IMG/VR virus record: IMGVR_UViG_3300032024_000077
Span: 1-59,096 of that record
Origin: a virus
Lineage: Duplodnaviria; Caudoviricetes
Direction: 5' to 3' (one strand)
DNA: 59,096 nucleotides
Position 1 is the first letter of the stretch; each line of letters begins with the position of its first letter. A program made the translations under genes and the position numbers. Positions 38,784 to 46,895 of this stretch are shown here, piece by piece. The notes beneath the pieces were generated by a model, which saw only the letters and a program-made list of their open reading frames with translations, ran no database searches and was not told where the DNA came from.

Positions 38784-39289
38784 CAGCTACCCGACAGTAC
38801 GAGTCCGCTTGGGGCCGCTGCGGAGACGATCAGCGAAGCTTCGGGGAGTGGGCCTGGCAGGATTCCGCCAACGCAGTTCTCGCGAACCATGCCATAGCTC
38901 TTGCCGCGCCACCGAAGCACCTGCACGTCGCCGAGCATCTGCGCATCGAAGAGGAGGCGGTCGCCGGGGCGAAGTTGAGTTGGGATGAAGACGCCTTCGT
39001 CGTACTTGCCGGGACCCACCGCGACCACAACCGCGTAGGTGTGCTCGACGCTGTTCTCCGGGATCACAAGACCGCTCGCCGTCGTCTTCTGCTTCTCCTG
39101 CTCCACGAGGACGTAGTCGCGGAGCGGAATGGGTCGAAACTCAACCTCGGCGGCATGTTCGCGCGCGAATGAAAGCCACTCGCTCGGAGCGACGTTGCTC
39201 AGTCCCATTGCCCGAAGCGCCTTGTCGCGCGAAGCGTCAGCGCCCGTCGGTTCCAACCTGCATCCACCAATCATCTCTGATCCCATCAT
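38783..39289 (-). CDS. groES: GroES/Cpn10-like co-chaperonin with N-terminal extension
   Basis: PLRDYVLV...TASGLVIP...VVAVGPG...GDRLLF. Confidence 0.85.
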   Translation of the reverse strand: MMGSEMIGGCRLEPTGADASRDKALRAMGLSNVAPSEWLSFAREHAAEVEFRPIPLRDYVLVEQEKQKTTASGLVIPENSVEHTYAVVVAVGPGKYDEGVFIPTQLRPGDRLLFDAQMLGDVQVLRWRGKSYGMVRENCVGGILPGPLPEASLIVSAAAPSGLVLSGS

Positions 39290-39337
39290 CGTGCTCGTCC
39301 CTTTCATCGTCGGGCTGAATTAGCTTCGCAACGGCTA

Positions 39338-39709
39338 TTATCGGTCGTCTTGGGCTGCCTGAAGCGCCTCCGAGACGGCGCGTACCGTCGTCACGAAGAG
39401 CACGTCCTTGTGTCGCTGCGCCGGCGGTAGTTCAGCGTAGGGCACGTAGCACGGGTGCTCCTTCTTCTCCGGGTCCTTCACCGGCCCGTACTTCCAACCG
39501 GTTGCAGCCTTCTCGGCAAGCCAGCCCTCGTGCGACTGCTCCGGCGTGTTGCCGTGTAGAGCGCCAGCAACACCCTTCAGTGCGCTGGACTTCTGCCAGT
39601 CCGGAGCTTCCTCCCACGAAGGCTGGCTCGTGTCCCCAAGGGCGAGGCAATAGGCGCGGTTGACTTCATGCGCTGAGCGTGCGGCTGCTTCGATCATGTC
39701 AACGTTCAT
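39338..39709 (-). CDS. RyR-domain protein
   Basis: HEGWL...GWKYGPVKDPEKKEHPCYVPYAELP. Confidence 0.85.
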   Translation of the reverse strand: MNVDMIEAAARSAHEVNRAYCLALGDTSQPSWEEAPDWQKSSALKGVAGALHGNTPEQSHEGWLAEKAATGWKYGPVKDPEKKEHPCYVPYAELPPAQRHKDVLFVTTVRAVSEALQAAQDDR

Positions 39710-40224
39710 CGTGCTCGTCCCTTTCGTCGTGCGTGCTTGAAATTGGAGCCGGGAGCGGGACTCGAACCCGCAACCTCTCGCGTACAAAGCGCAGGCTCGT
39801 CCAATTGAGCTTCCCCGGCGTCGTCTGCTACGTCACTACTCAACCCCGCCTCGGATGTGGCTCCGGGGGTAGGATTTGAACCCACATCCCCAACAGTAAC
39901 AGTGTCGTGCTCTGCCGGTTGAGCTACCCCGGAATTGGGCTGCACTGGAGGCGCCGCTGCGCTAGGACACGGAGAATCGGCCTCTGGGGCCGGTGACTGA
40001 GTGGGGCACGACATGCGCAGCGGCGCCCCCAGCACAACATTTTGAGGCCAGAAGTCGAAATCGTCGCGGTCCTTGCGTACGATGCGGACCCGCAGGTCCG
40101 GCAGCGCGAGGATAGCCGTGACGCCGTCTTGGCCGAGGCTGTACGAACGCCGCGCGACGCCGTCAGTGCCGGGGAGCCCGGCTTCGACGACCTGAACGGA
40201 CTTGTACAGCTCCGGTTCCGACAT
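39706..40224 (-). CDS. Hypothetical protein whose frame runs through both tRNAs
   Basis: GAGG RBS, protein-like N-terminal 70 aa, stop overlaps the RyR ATG. Confidence 0.4.
   Translation of the reverse strand: MSEPELYKSVQVVEAGLPGTDGVARRSYSLGQDGVTAILALPDLRVRIVRKDRDDFDFWPQNVVLGAPLRMSCPTQSPAPEADSPCPSAAAPPVQPNSGVAQPAEHDTVTVGDVGSNPTPGATSEAGLSSDVADDAGEAQLDEPALCTREVAGSSPAPGSNFKHARRKGRAR
39744..39819 (-). tRNA. tRNA-Thr(UGU)
   Basis: Cloverleaf with GCCGGGG acceptor, loop TT-TGT-AC, GTTCGAG T-loop and encoded CCA; imperfect anticodon stem. Confidence 0.85.
39858..39933 (-). tRNA. tRNA-Asn(GUU)
   Basis: Cloverleaf with TCCGGGG acceptor, loop CT-GTT-AC, GTTCAAA T-loop, G73 and CCA. Confidence 0.9.
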
Positions 40225-40286
40225 GCCTCGCCTGCCAACGTAGGCGGCTTCGCGGCGGAAGGCAACGTTTGTGCCATCTTTTCTTG

Positions 40287-40314
40287 GGAACTTTCCACGG
40301 TTGGCGGCGTCACT
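40287..40314 (+). promoter_or_regulatory. ECF-type promoter P3 (leaderless)
   Basis: GGAACTT-N15-GTCACT-N6-ATG(40321). Confidence 0.7.
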
Positions 40315-40320
40315 AGCTGC

Positions 40321-40506
40321 ATGTCGATACTCAACCTAGGAAAACAGACCAACGAAGGCCGGTGCCTGCGAAAGTCGCCGTACATGTCGAAGACGACGGC
40401 GGAGACGACGGCGCGAAAGTGCTGGGAGAAGCGAAACGTGCGGCTGCGGGCCTACCTGTGCCCAAACTGCAAGTGGTGGCACCTGACCAAAATGGAGGAG
40501 AAGTGA
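40321..40506 (+). CDS. Small Zn-finger protein (YxCxxCxxWHLT)
   Basis: 61 aa, RAYLCPNCKWWHLT. Confidence 0.7.
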   Translation: MSILNLGKQTNEGRCLRKSPYMSKTTAETTARKCWEKRNVRLRAYLCPNCKWWHLTKMEEK

Positions 40507-40946
40507 TGCGCGGCTATTGTGGCATCGGTATCAGTCACGGCAAGACGGCGGCCAATCTTGGGACGTTGTGGCGATCGGCGCACTTGCTCGGGGCGTCCTT
40601 TCTCTTCACTGTCGGGGCACGCTACCGCAAACAATCCAGCGACACAATGAAGTCATGGCGCATGGTGCCGCTGTGGCACTTTACAACGCTGGCGCAATTG
40701 CGCGAATCTCTTCCAAGAGAATGCTTGCTGGTTGGCGTCGAACTGGATGACCGGGCGCACCGTATCGAGACGTTCACGCATCCCGAGCGAGCCATCTACT
40801 TGCTGGGTGCGGAAGACCACGGCCTGACTACGGAGGAGCGTACAGCGTGCCACCACCTGATCCAGCTACCCGGCGATCGATCGATGAACGTGGCAGCAGC
40901 TGGTACAGTAGTGTTGTATGATCGATTCGTAAAGCGAGGTGTCTAG
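40506..40946 (+). CDS. SpoU/TrmH-family RNA 2'-O-methyltransferase
   Basis: NLGTLWRSA, LLGAEDHGL, SMNVAAAG. Confidence 0.9.
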   Translation: MRGYCGIGISHGKTAANLGTLWRSAHLLGASFLFTVGARYRKQSSDTMKSWRMVPLWHFTTLAQLRESLPRECLLVGVELDDRAHRIETFTHPERAIYLLGAEDHGLTTEERTACHHLIQLPGDRSMNVAAAGTVVLYDRFVKRGV

Positions 40947-41491
40947 TGAGCTACGCAACGCTGTACCTGAACTGCTTCGACCCCGACTACCAAGCCGACG
41001 CAGTGGCGTGGGTGCTTCGACAGCTCCGAACCGGACAGTTCGAGGCGGAGCCGCTCACGCACGACGACGCAATCGCGTTTCGCGGTCAGAGCGGCGCGTC
41101 AGTGGCATTCCCGGTGTCGGCGCTGACCGGGATCCCGCTGGCGCACGTCAGGAAGCCGGAATGCTCGTCCCATGTTGGCGGCAATCGCCAAGTGGTTGGC
41201 AACAGTAGTCCGATACGATACGTGATTGTGGACGACTTCATCGACACCGGCGATACGATCCGGGCCATCTATGAAGGGATTCATCGAGAGTTCCCGGCGG
41301 CACGCTGCGTTGGGATCTTACTGTACGGGTTCTCCGCTGATCCGCGCACGTCGCATATCACCACTGCTCGATGGCCACTGCAAGTGCAGCAACGAGCTGA
41401 TCCACACTACGCACTGCCCGCGCTATGCGACCCCAACCCGCCGAAGCTCGCCGACGAAATTGCCGCGTGGTCGATTCGGCAGGTCCGTTAG
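40946..41491 (+). CDS. Type I phosphoribosyltransferase-like protein
   Basis: VIVDDFIDTGDT PRPP-binding motif. Confidence 0.8.
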   Translation: MSYATLYLNCFDPDYQADAVAWVLRQLRTGQFEAEPLTHDDAIAFRGQSGASVAFPVSALTGIPLAHVRKPECSSHVGGNRQVVGNSSPIRYVIVDDFIDTGDTIRAIYEGIHREFPAARCVGILLYGFSADPRTSHITTARWPLQVQQRADPHYALPALCDPNPPKLADEIAAWSIRQVR

Positions 41492-43086
41492 CGAGAGCCG
41501 ATCAACGAAATCCCAGTCAACCGCGACAGCCGTCGCAGCCGTTTATCGCGGGTCTGCTCCTCGACCATCAGGCGACGTTCATATTCGTCGGTCACAGTAG
41601 TGCGGTCCTTCTCCGGGGACGTCCAGCCAAGCTTGTAGGCGCGCCACACTGCCAGCAAGAATGCGCTGGCCAAGTCGCCGTGCTCCCCGGTTCTCCAGGT
41701 GGGGCTGTCGAGCGAGATACCGCCACCAGACAGCGGGCGGGAGCTGATTTCGCGGAGCTGCCGGACGAGCTTGTCGGCGAGCGGGTGATCGACCTTGAGG
41801 CGGATCGCGCCTTCATGCATCAGGTTGCGCACGACCTGTGCCACCTCGGCTTTCCCGGTAGCGCCTTCCGGGGCGATAATATGGTTGATTCCGCCCTTTC
41901 CAAGCTCCTCTACGACGGTTTCTCGGTAGTGGCCGTCAGCGACGATTTCGTCGCACCCCGCGAGTCGGGCAAACTCCGCCCCTTTCTGGCAAATTTCGGA
42001 CGGTTTCAGGGGTTTTCCGCGCGGCATCTCTTCCAGCATGTCGGGGATGTCGTACACACGCTTGAACGTTCCGCCGGAGCCGTCCGCTGCGGCGCCTACC
42101 GTTACCTCATGCGTCTCACAGGCTACGAACGCCGTGCTGTTTCGGCGGAACGCGAAGTCGCCGCCTACCGCTTTGGTGGACAGCGCTACGCGCTCCACGT
42201 CGAGGCACATCATGGCAGCCACTGCGCGCGGGTTGAAGAACGCCGCCGCGTTGGACGTCATGAAGTCCGCGTCACGCTCGCGCGCGCACTTCTCGGGGTC
42301 GACGGCGCGCTCCAGCGCAATGTCGCGCATGATAGCTTCGTCGTCGGCGCGCATGAGCCCGGTGGGCGCGTGGGCTACGATGGCGTCGAACGGCTTGCCG
42401 TAGTTGCGGCGCCACAGGTCGTAGAGCAGACCGTTCTCCATCCACGGCGAGGAGAGCAGTACGAGCTGGCCGTCCGGAGCGATACGCGGCTTGAGCGCGT
42501 CGAAGATGTCCTGATCGTTGACCTTGTGGTTGCTGTCGCGGAAGAACGCCGCCTCGTCCATGATGGCGCACGGCATGAAGCGCCCGCGCGCGGCGACGCC
42601 GCCAGCGCTCGCCGCCCTTGCAACAATCCTGACGCGCTTCCCGTTGCCGCGAACGATGGAGAAGTCCTCCTCACCGTCAGCGACGCGGTTGACGATGCGG
42701 AGCCCCAAGCTCTCAGCGGCGCCCAGCGCGAACCGCACTACGACCTTGGCAGTGTCGAGGTCCGGGGCGATGACAGGGCAGACAGCGACCTCTCGGGGTT
42801 GGAGCCGCGAGACGTCGACCGTCATGGACAGGTGGAGGGCGCGCGTACCGCCTAGTAGCGACTTGCCGGAACCGCGGCCACAGACCGCCGCTGCGACCTT
42901 CACCGCCTCGGGCCGGAGTTCCAACTGCGACGCTTGCTGGCGGCCGAACAGCTTGGTAGCCAAGTCGGAGTCGTCGGGCTGAAGCCGGTCGAAAGCGACG
43001 GCTGCGAAGAGGCGCTGCGCCGGGGTGAGGACGACGCCGAGCCCGTCGACAAAGTCGAGGTAGGTGATCGGGCGGGCGCGGCTCAC
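41488..43086 (-). CDS. terL: Terminase large subunit
   Basis: GRGSGKS, IMDEAAF, LSSP, GGD...HGDLA. Confidence 0.9.
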   Translation of the reverse strand: MSRARPITYLDFVDGLGVVLTPAQRLFAAVAFDRLQPDDSDLATKLFGRQQASQLELRPEAVKVAAAVCGRGSGKSLLGGTRALHLSMTVDVSRLQPREVAVCPVIAPDLDTAKVVVRFALGAAESLGLRIVNRVADGEEDFSIVRGNGKRVRIVARAASAGGVAARGRFMPCAIMDEAAFFRDSNHKVNDQDIFDALKPRIAPDGQLVLLSSPWMENGLLYDLWRRNYGKPFDAIVAHAPTGLMRADDEAIMRDIALERAVDPEKCARERDADFMTSNAAAFFNPRAVAAMMCLDVERVALSTKAVGGDFAFRRNSTAFVACETHEVTVGAAADGSGGTFKRVYDIPDMLEEMPRGKPLKPSEICQKGAEFARLAGCDEIVADGHYRETVVEELGKGGINHIIAPEGATGKAEVAQVVRNLMHEGAIRLKVDHPLADKLVRQLREISSRPLSGGGISLDSPTWRTGEHGDLASAFLLAVWRAYKLGWTSPEKDRTTVTDEYERRLMVEEQTRDKRLRRLSRLTGISLIGSR

Positions 43087-43316
43087 TGCCCGTCTCCGGT
43101 CCGGTCGAGGTACTTGTCCAGCGCGGCCATTTCTTCATCGAACGCGAGCGCGAAGTCGCTAGTTTCGTCGTCCATGTCGCGCGTCTTGTAGTCGTCGCGC
43201 TCGTGCCGCCGCGCGCGCTTCAAGGCCAAGCTAAGCCCCTCTACGTAATCAGCTCTAGAGCCGAGTCGCGGACCGCGACCGCGCAGCAGGCGCGCGAGTG
43301 TGCGCACTCCCATCAC
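43083..43316 (-). CDS. Hypothetical protein
   Basis: Coupled ORF. Confidence 0.5.
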   Translation of the reverse strand: MMGVRTLARLLRGRGPRLGSRADYVEGLSLALKRARRHERDDYKTRDMDDETSDFALAFDEEMAALDKYLDRTGDGQ

Positions 43317-43846
43317 TGAAGGGCGTTCCAGATTTCGATGTCGACGGCCAGGTCCCGAGCAGCCCGTGGCCCTGCGTAGCTGATGCCGGCCCAGTCATCG
43401 CCATCACCGGCATCAGCGTGGTGGGCGTCGTGTAGCAGCCGCCGAAACTCGTCAGCCTGTTGCTGTTGCGACCGCGCGATCTTCTCGCCCAGCTCTTTCT
43501 TGAGGCGGGCGATCATGGGCTTACAGCGCCGCAGCTTGGCGCGCTCTTGGGCACGCGCGACCCAGCTGTTCAACATCACGTCGGTATGGTAGCACGCGGA
43601 GCGGTAGCCCGGCGGCTCCTCTTTCAACAGTCCGCCCAGGCGCAACTGTGCCGGTCCGCAGTACGCATAGTCGCCGCCCGGCAGGCGCGTAAGCTGCTCG
43701 TCCCCGGACGCGACGACGAACTCGAAGCGGCCGCGCTCCGGTGCCGGCACGTCGGGCACCGCGAAGCGCTCTGACTGATCCGACATCGACGACTCGCTCT
43801 GCCCCGGCGGCTCGTAGGTGTGGGCGAGCGGAAAGCGGCCCATCAC
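43313..43846 (-). CDS. Hypothetical protein
   Basis: Coupled ORF. Confidence 0.55.
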   Translation of the reverse strand: MMGRFPLAHTYEPPGQSESSMSDQSERFAVPDVPAPERGRFEFVVASGDEQLTRLPGGDYAYCGPAQLRLGGLLKEEPPGYRSACYHTDVMLNSWVARAQERAKLRRCKPMIARLKKELGEKIARSQQQQADEFRRLLHDAHHADAGDGDDWAGISYAGPRAARDLAVDIEIWNALQ

Positions 43847-44133
43847 AGCCCGCCCCGCAAGTCGCGCTGTGTCATGCGCGCCCGAACCTTGGTCAACGCT
43901 TTCTTGAAGTACTTCATGAGCTGTCCCCGTCGCGGTTGGTGCCCGTGCCGTTTGAGGTAGTTGCTTCGGAACCCGTCGACCAGCAACCAGGCGGCCTGTT
44001 GGTCGATCGGCATGGCCATGTCTGGGTCGGGAGCCTCGGCGGTCGGGGCTAGCTGGAGGGCCGAGCCGACCTCGTTGAGGGTCACGGGTGGGGCGCCCGG
44101 AGTCACGTAGTTGGGCGAACTGGGATCATTCAT
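43843..44133 (-). CDS. Hypothetical protein
   Basis: Coupled ORF. Confidence 0.55.
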   Translation of the reverse strand: MNDPSSPNYVTPGAPPVTLNEVGSALQLAPTAEAPDPDMAMPIDQQAAWLLVDGFRSNYLKRHGHQPRRGQLMKYFKKALTKVRARMTQRDLRGGL

Positions 44134-44626
44134 CGGCTACCTGCGCTTTCTTGGCTGCTTTGGAGCGGAGCTTGTCGAGGGCCTCCTCGGCGCTCATGTC
44201 CTCGCCCGTCTCGGCGTTGGCGCCCCGGCGCGGTTCGGCGCCCTTGAGGGTGTAGCCGGCGATCTGAGCGGCCACCCGGACGGCCTCGCAGGCGGCGCGG
44301 AAGTCGGGGGCCGGGTTCGTGGTGTGGACGCCGCGCTGGTTGACGTAGGACTTTGTGTTATCAAGTGCGAGCTTGTAGGTGTCGAGCGCCAACTGTACGA
44401 GCTGCTCCCGGGAGGGCATCGGGATCCGGCGCTCCTCACGGATCTCCGGGACGCGGACCCTGTGGAGCCTGTCGAGGGGCAAGGGCGGGGGCGCAGTGGC
44501 CCTGCCGTTCGCTTTTAGGTCAGGTCGGCGGGGCAGTACCCCATACGGATTGGAAACGCTCTCTACGGGGCTGCTAGGGGCCTTCGCGGGGCCGTCATCC
44601 AACGATGCCGTGCCTTCGGCAGTCAT
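44126..44626 (-). CDS. Possible terminase small subunit
   Basis: Helical DFRAACEAVRVAAQIAG segment, upstream of terL. Confidence 0.4.
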   Translation of the reverse strand: MTAEGTASLDDGPAKAPSSPVESVSNPYGVLPRRPDLKANGRATAPPPLPLDRLHRVRVPEIREERRIPMPSREQLVQLALDTYKLALDNTKSYVNQRGVHTTNPAPDFRAACEAVRVAAQIAGYTLKGAEPRRGANAETGEDMSAEEALDKLRSKAAKKAQVADE

Positions 44627-44770
44627 CGTTCGGACTCCGGAGCGGGCGGCGGTAGCACAACGCCCATTTCGGCTAGCACTTCGCGGTGGTGCGCTTTGCA
44701 GTAGCGCGAATCTCGGAAGCGCGGCTCGGAGCAGCGGGCGCAGGTCGTGTCCAACGTCACGCCAACCAGC

Positions 44771-45259
44771 TTAGGCCGCGGTTGCGGCGGCTGCCAGGCG
44801 TTTCGCAGTGCTCGCCGCCCACATCTTGCGGCGGATTGCCTTACGCTCAACGAATGGTAGGTGCGCGTTGGCTGTTTTGGAGCAGTCGCAGCACGTTCCA
44901 CCTCGATGATCGGGGCTGGCGGCGTACAAAATCATGAAACGCGCCTGCCGAATGCGGTGGCACACGCGACAACGGCGCTTGTGGACACGATTTGCGCGCC
45001 GTTGGTCGACGTCGGTGACGCCACGCGCCCTTGCGCCGGCGGCTTTGAGCTTTGCAAGCGTCCAGGCCAGCGTAAGCCGCGCTTTACGCCGCGCTGCTGC
45101 TGACTGTTGGCGCCGTTTTGGCGGTTTTCGCCCGCGCGGCGCCCCTAACGGCAGCGCGCGGCTCGCATACCAGCAGCGTTTACACGCCTTCCCGGCCCGA
45201 AAGTGCGCCGGCGAGCCCGCGAAGCCGCACGCGCAGGTCATGGTGGGTAGGATCTTCAT
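44771..45259 (-). CDS. Basic Cys-rich hypothetical protein
   Basis: Several CxC/CxxC pairs, GGAG RBS. Confidence 0.35.
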   Translation of the reverse strand: MKILPTMTCACGFAGSPAHFRAGKACKRCWYASRALPLGAPRGRKPPKRRQQSAAARRKARLTLAWTLAKLKAAGARARGVTDVDQRRANRVHKRRCRVCHRIRQARFMILYAASPDHRGGTCCDCSKTANAHLPFVERKAIRRKMWAASTAKRLAAAATAA

Positions 45260-45394
45260 GTAGCTCCGACACCGGGATGCCGCGGAGGCTTGGGTTGGGC
45301 GGCTGCCCGGGCACCGGCAGGCTCTGGACGGGCTCGTTGCCGAGGCGTCAGCCAACGAGTTGTATATCAATCATTCTAGACACATGCCGCCGTC

Positions 45395-45730
45395 TGGCAG
45401 ACGACTGCTACTGCTACCCCTCTTCTAGAGAGGGGGTAGCATGTAGTCTGCTAGCCAGGCGCGTTTGCCGGAGGGGTGGAGAAGAGAGTTATTCCGATGT
45501 AGGTGCATGTAGGTGGGCCTGTTTCGAAATTGACAAAATTTCCCTTCCGGGGGCCCCACACGGTCACGTTATCGGCCCAGTTAAAAAAGCCGGTTGGAAC
45601 CGGTGTCGGTCCGGGTAGGGGCCGGTGGGCGTGGGTAGCAGACAAGACTACACCTGCCCACCTCGGTATCGAAGTAGGTGGGCGGGGTAGCGTGTAGGTG
45701 GGTGGGGTAGTTGCCTACCCCCACCTACCT
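45395..45730. repeat. Non-coding region with a TCTAGA-centred palindrome and GTAGG(T) repeats; candidate packaging/terminus region
   Basis: Inverted repeat at 45412-45441; GTAGGTGGGyGGGGTAG twice plus an inverted copy. Confidence 0.5.
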
Positions 45731-45745
45731 CAGCGCTTGGCCAGC

Positions 45746-45928
45746 CTAGTCGGTCAATGCTGCGTGCGCCGCCTCAGCCAGCTTGACGCGCCCTTCACCC
45801 AACGCGATGCTCCGAATCTCGATCAGCGTCTCGGCGCTGACTTGCTCGCGAGTCGCCAGCGGCGTTCCCTCGCGTGCGCAGCTTACCATCACGAAAGCCC
45901 ACTCTTCCCAGCCAGTTTGCTTGTTCAT
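45746..45928 (-). CDS. Hypothetical protein (leaderless)
   Basis: ATG 6 nt after the P4 -10 element. Confidence 0.65.
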   Translation of the reverse strand: MNKQTGWEEWAFVMVSCAREGTPLATREQVSAETLIEIRSIALGEGRVKLAEAAHAALTD

Positions 45929-45934
45929 GCTTGG

Positions 45935-45962
45935 TAAGACCGCGGCGCGCGCCGGAAGTTCC
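45935..45962 (-). promoter_or_regulatory. ECF-type promoter P4 (leaderless)
   Basis: GGAACTT-N15-GTCTTA-N6-ATG. Confidence 0.7.
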
Positions 45963-46076
45963 CAGTGCCGCGACGATTCTTTTCTAACGCGCCGCGTCGG
46001 TCCTAGGACGGATCTCCCCGAAGCGTGCCTACTCGACGGGCCCGGCGCTTCGCACGCCCGGTGTCCGTTCGGATGG

Positions 46077-46104
46077 TAAGACAGCGCCCCGGCCGGGTAG
46101 TTCC
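46077..46104 (-). promoter_or_regulatory. ECF-type promoter P5
   Basis: GGAACTA-N15-GTCTTA. Confidence 0.6.
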
Positions 46105-46124
46105 CAGCGCGGGGCGCTTTTCGA

Positions 46125-46394
46125 CTATTGCTCTTCGGTGTCCTCGCCTGCCGCCACGATCGCAGCGACCGCCGAAGCTCGAAGCTGGGCCCATTCCGCC
46201 GGCATCGGCTCGCCGCCGCCTGCCTGCCCCCAGATCAGCGAGTCAGTGCGCGCGAGCCAGTCGATCACGTCGATCACGTCGCGTGCGTCGTCAGCGCGAA
46301 AGCCGGCCAGCGAGGCAGCGACGCTCGCGGGCGTTTCGTAGCCGAGCACGGCATTCCAATATCCCTCGTAATCCCAGGTCGTCGTCGTCGTCAT
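46125..46394 (-). CDS. Hypothetical acidic protein
   Basis: MTTTTTWDYEG..., GAGGAG RBS. Confidence 0.65.
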   Translation of the reverse strand: MTTTTTWDYEGYWNAVLGYETPASVAASLAGFRADDARDVIDVIDWLARTDSLIWGQAGGGEPMPAEWAQLRASAVAAIVAAGEDTEEQ

Positions 46395-46489
46395 TTTCAG
46401 ATCTCCTCGACGCCCCAAGCCCCGCGGCTTGGTAGCGGCGGGGCGGGATGGCAGCTGCTCCTGGACGATTGGACAAGTTTGGTGGACGA

Positions 46490-46651
46490 CTAGGCAGAAG
46501 TGTGGCATTGGCGCCACAGGTCAAAAGGACCTAGCGGTAGCTCGATGGGAATGAGGGGATGGCACGGGGTTTGCCGGCGGGTTTCGGGCCCTACAGGCGA
46601 CGCACCCTTCGTCCGAATGACGCGGTAGGACGCTTTATCAATAGCTGTCAT
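46490..46651 (-). CDS. Small hypothetical protein
   Basis: GGGAG RBS downstream of P6. Confidence 0.4.
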   Translation of the reverse strand: MTAIDKASYRVIRTKGASPVGPETRRQTPCHPLIPIELPLGPFDLWRQCHTSA

Positions 46652-46672
46652 GGCTCCCTGCTTTCCGCTCGG

Positions 46673-46700
46673 TATGACTCCGAGGCGCGCCCGAAGTTCC
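46673..46700 (-). promoter_or_regulatory. ECF-type promoter P6
   Basis: GGAACTT-N15-GTCATA. Confidence 0.65.
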
Positions 46701-46895
46701 GTCCCCACGCGCCCAAGCGCCCAGATAGGTGGGAGCACCACCTACCTGAACGCCTGCCAGCGCGACCTGGTAGCGACCTAGCGGCTAGGCGGGCCCCTCG
46801 CCCTACCGCGTCCGGGGCTCTCATCGTCCCAGGGGACGCGCCGCGCCACGAAGGCAGCCGCCGCTAGCAGCATCATGGCCAGGAACATCATGGGG

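Noticed and set aside
39937-40010. Possible third tRNA upstream of tRNA-Asn
   Set aside because: Only a small hairpin; no T-loop or cloverleaf
41425-42855. 476-aa plus-strand ORF antisense to terL
   Set aside because: Shadow ORF of a GC-rich gene
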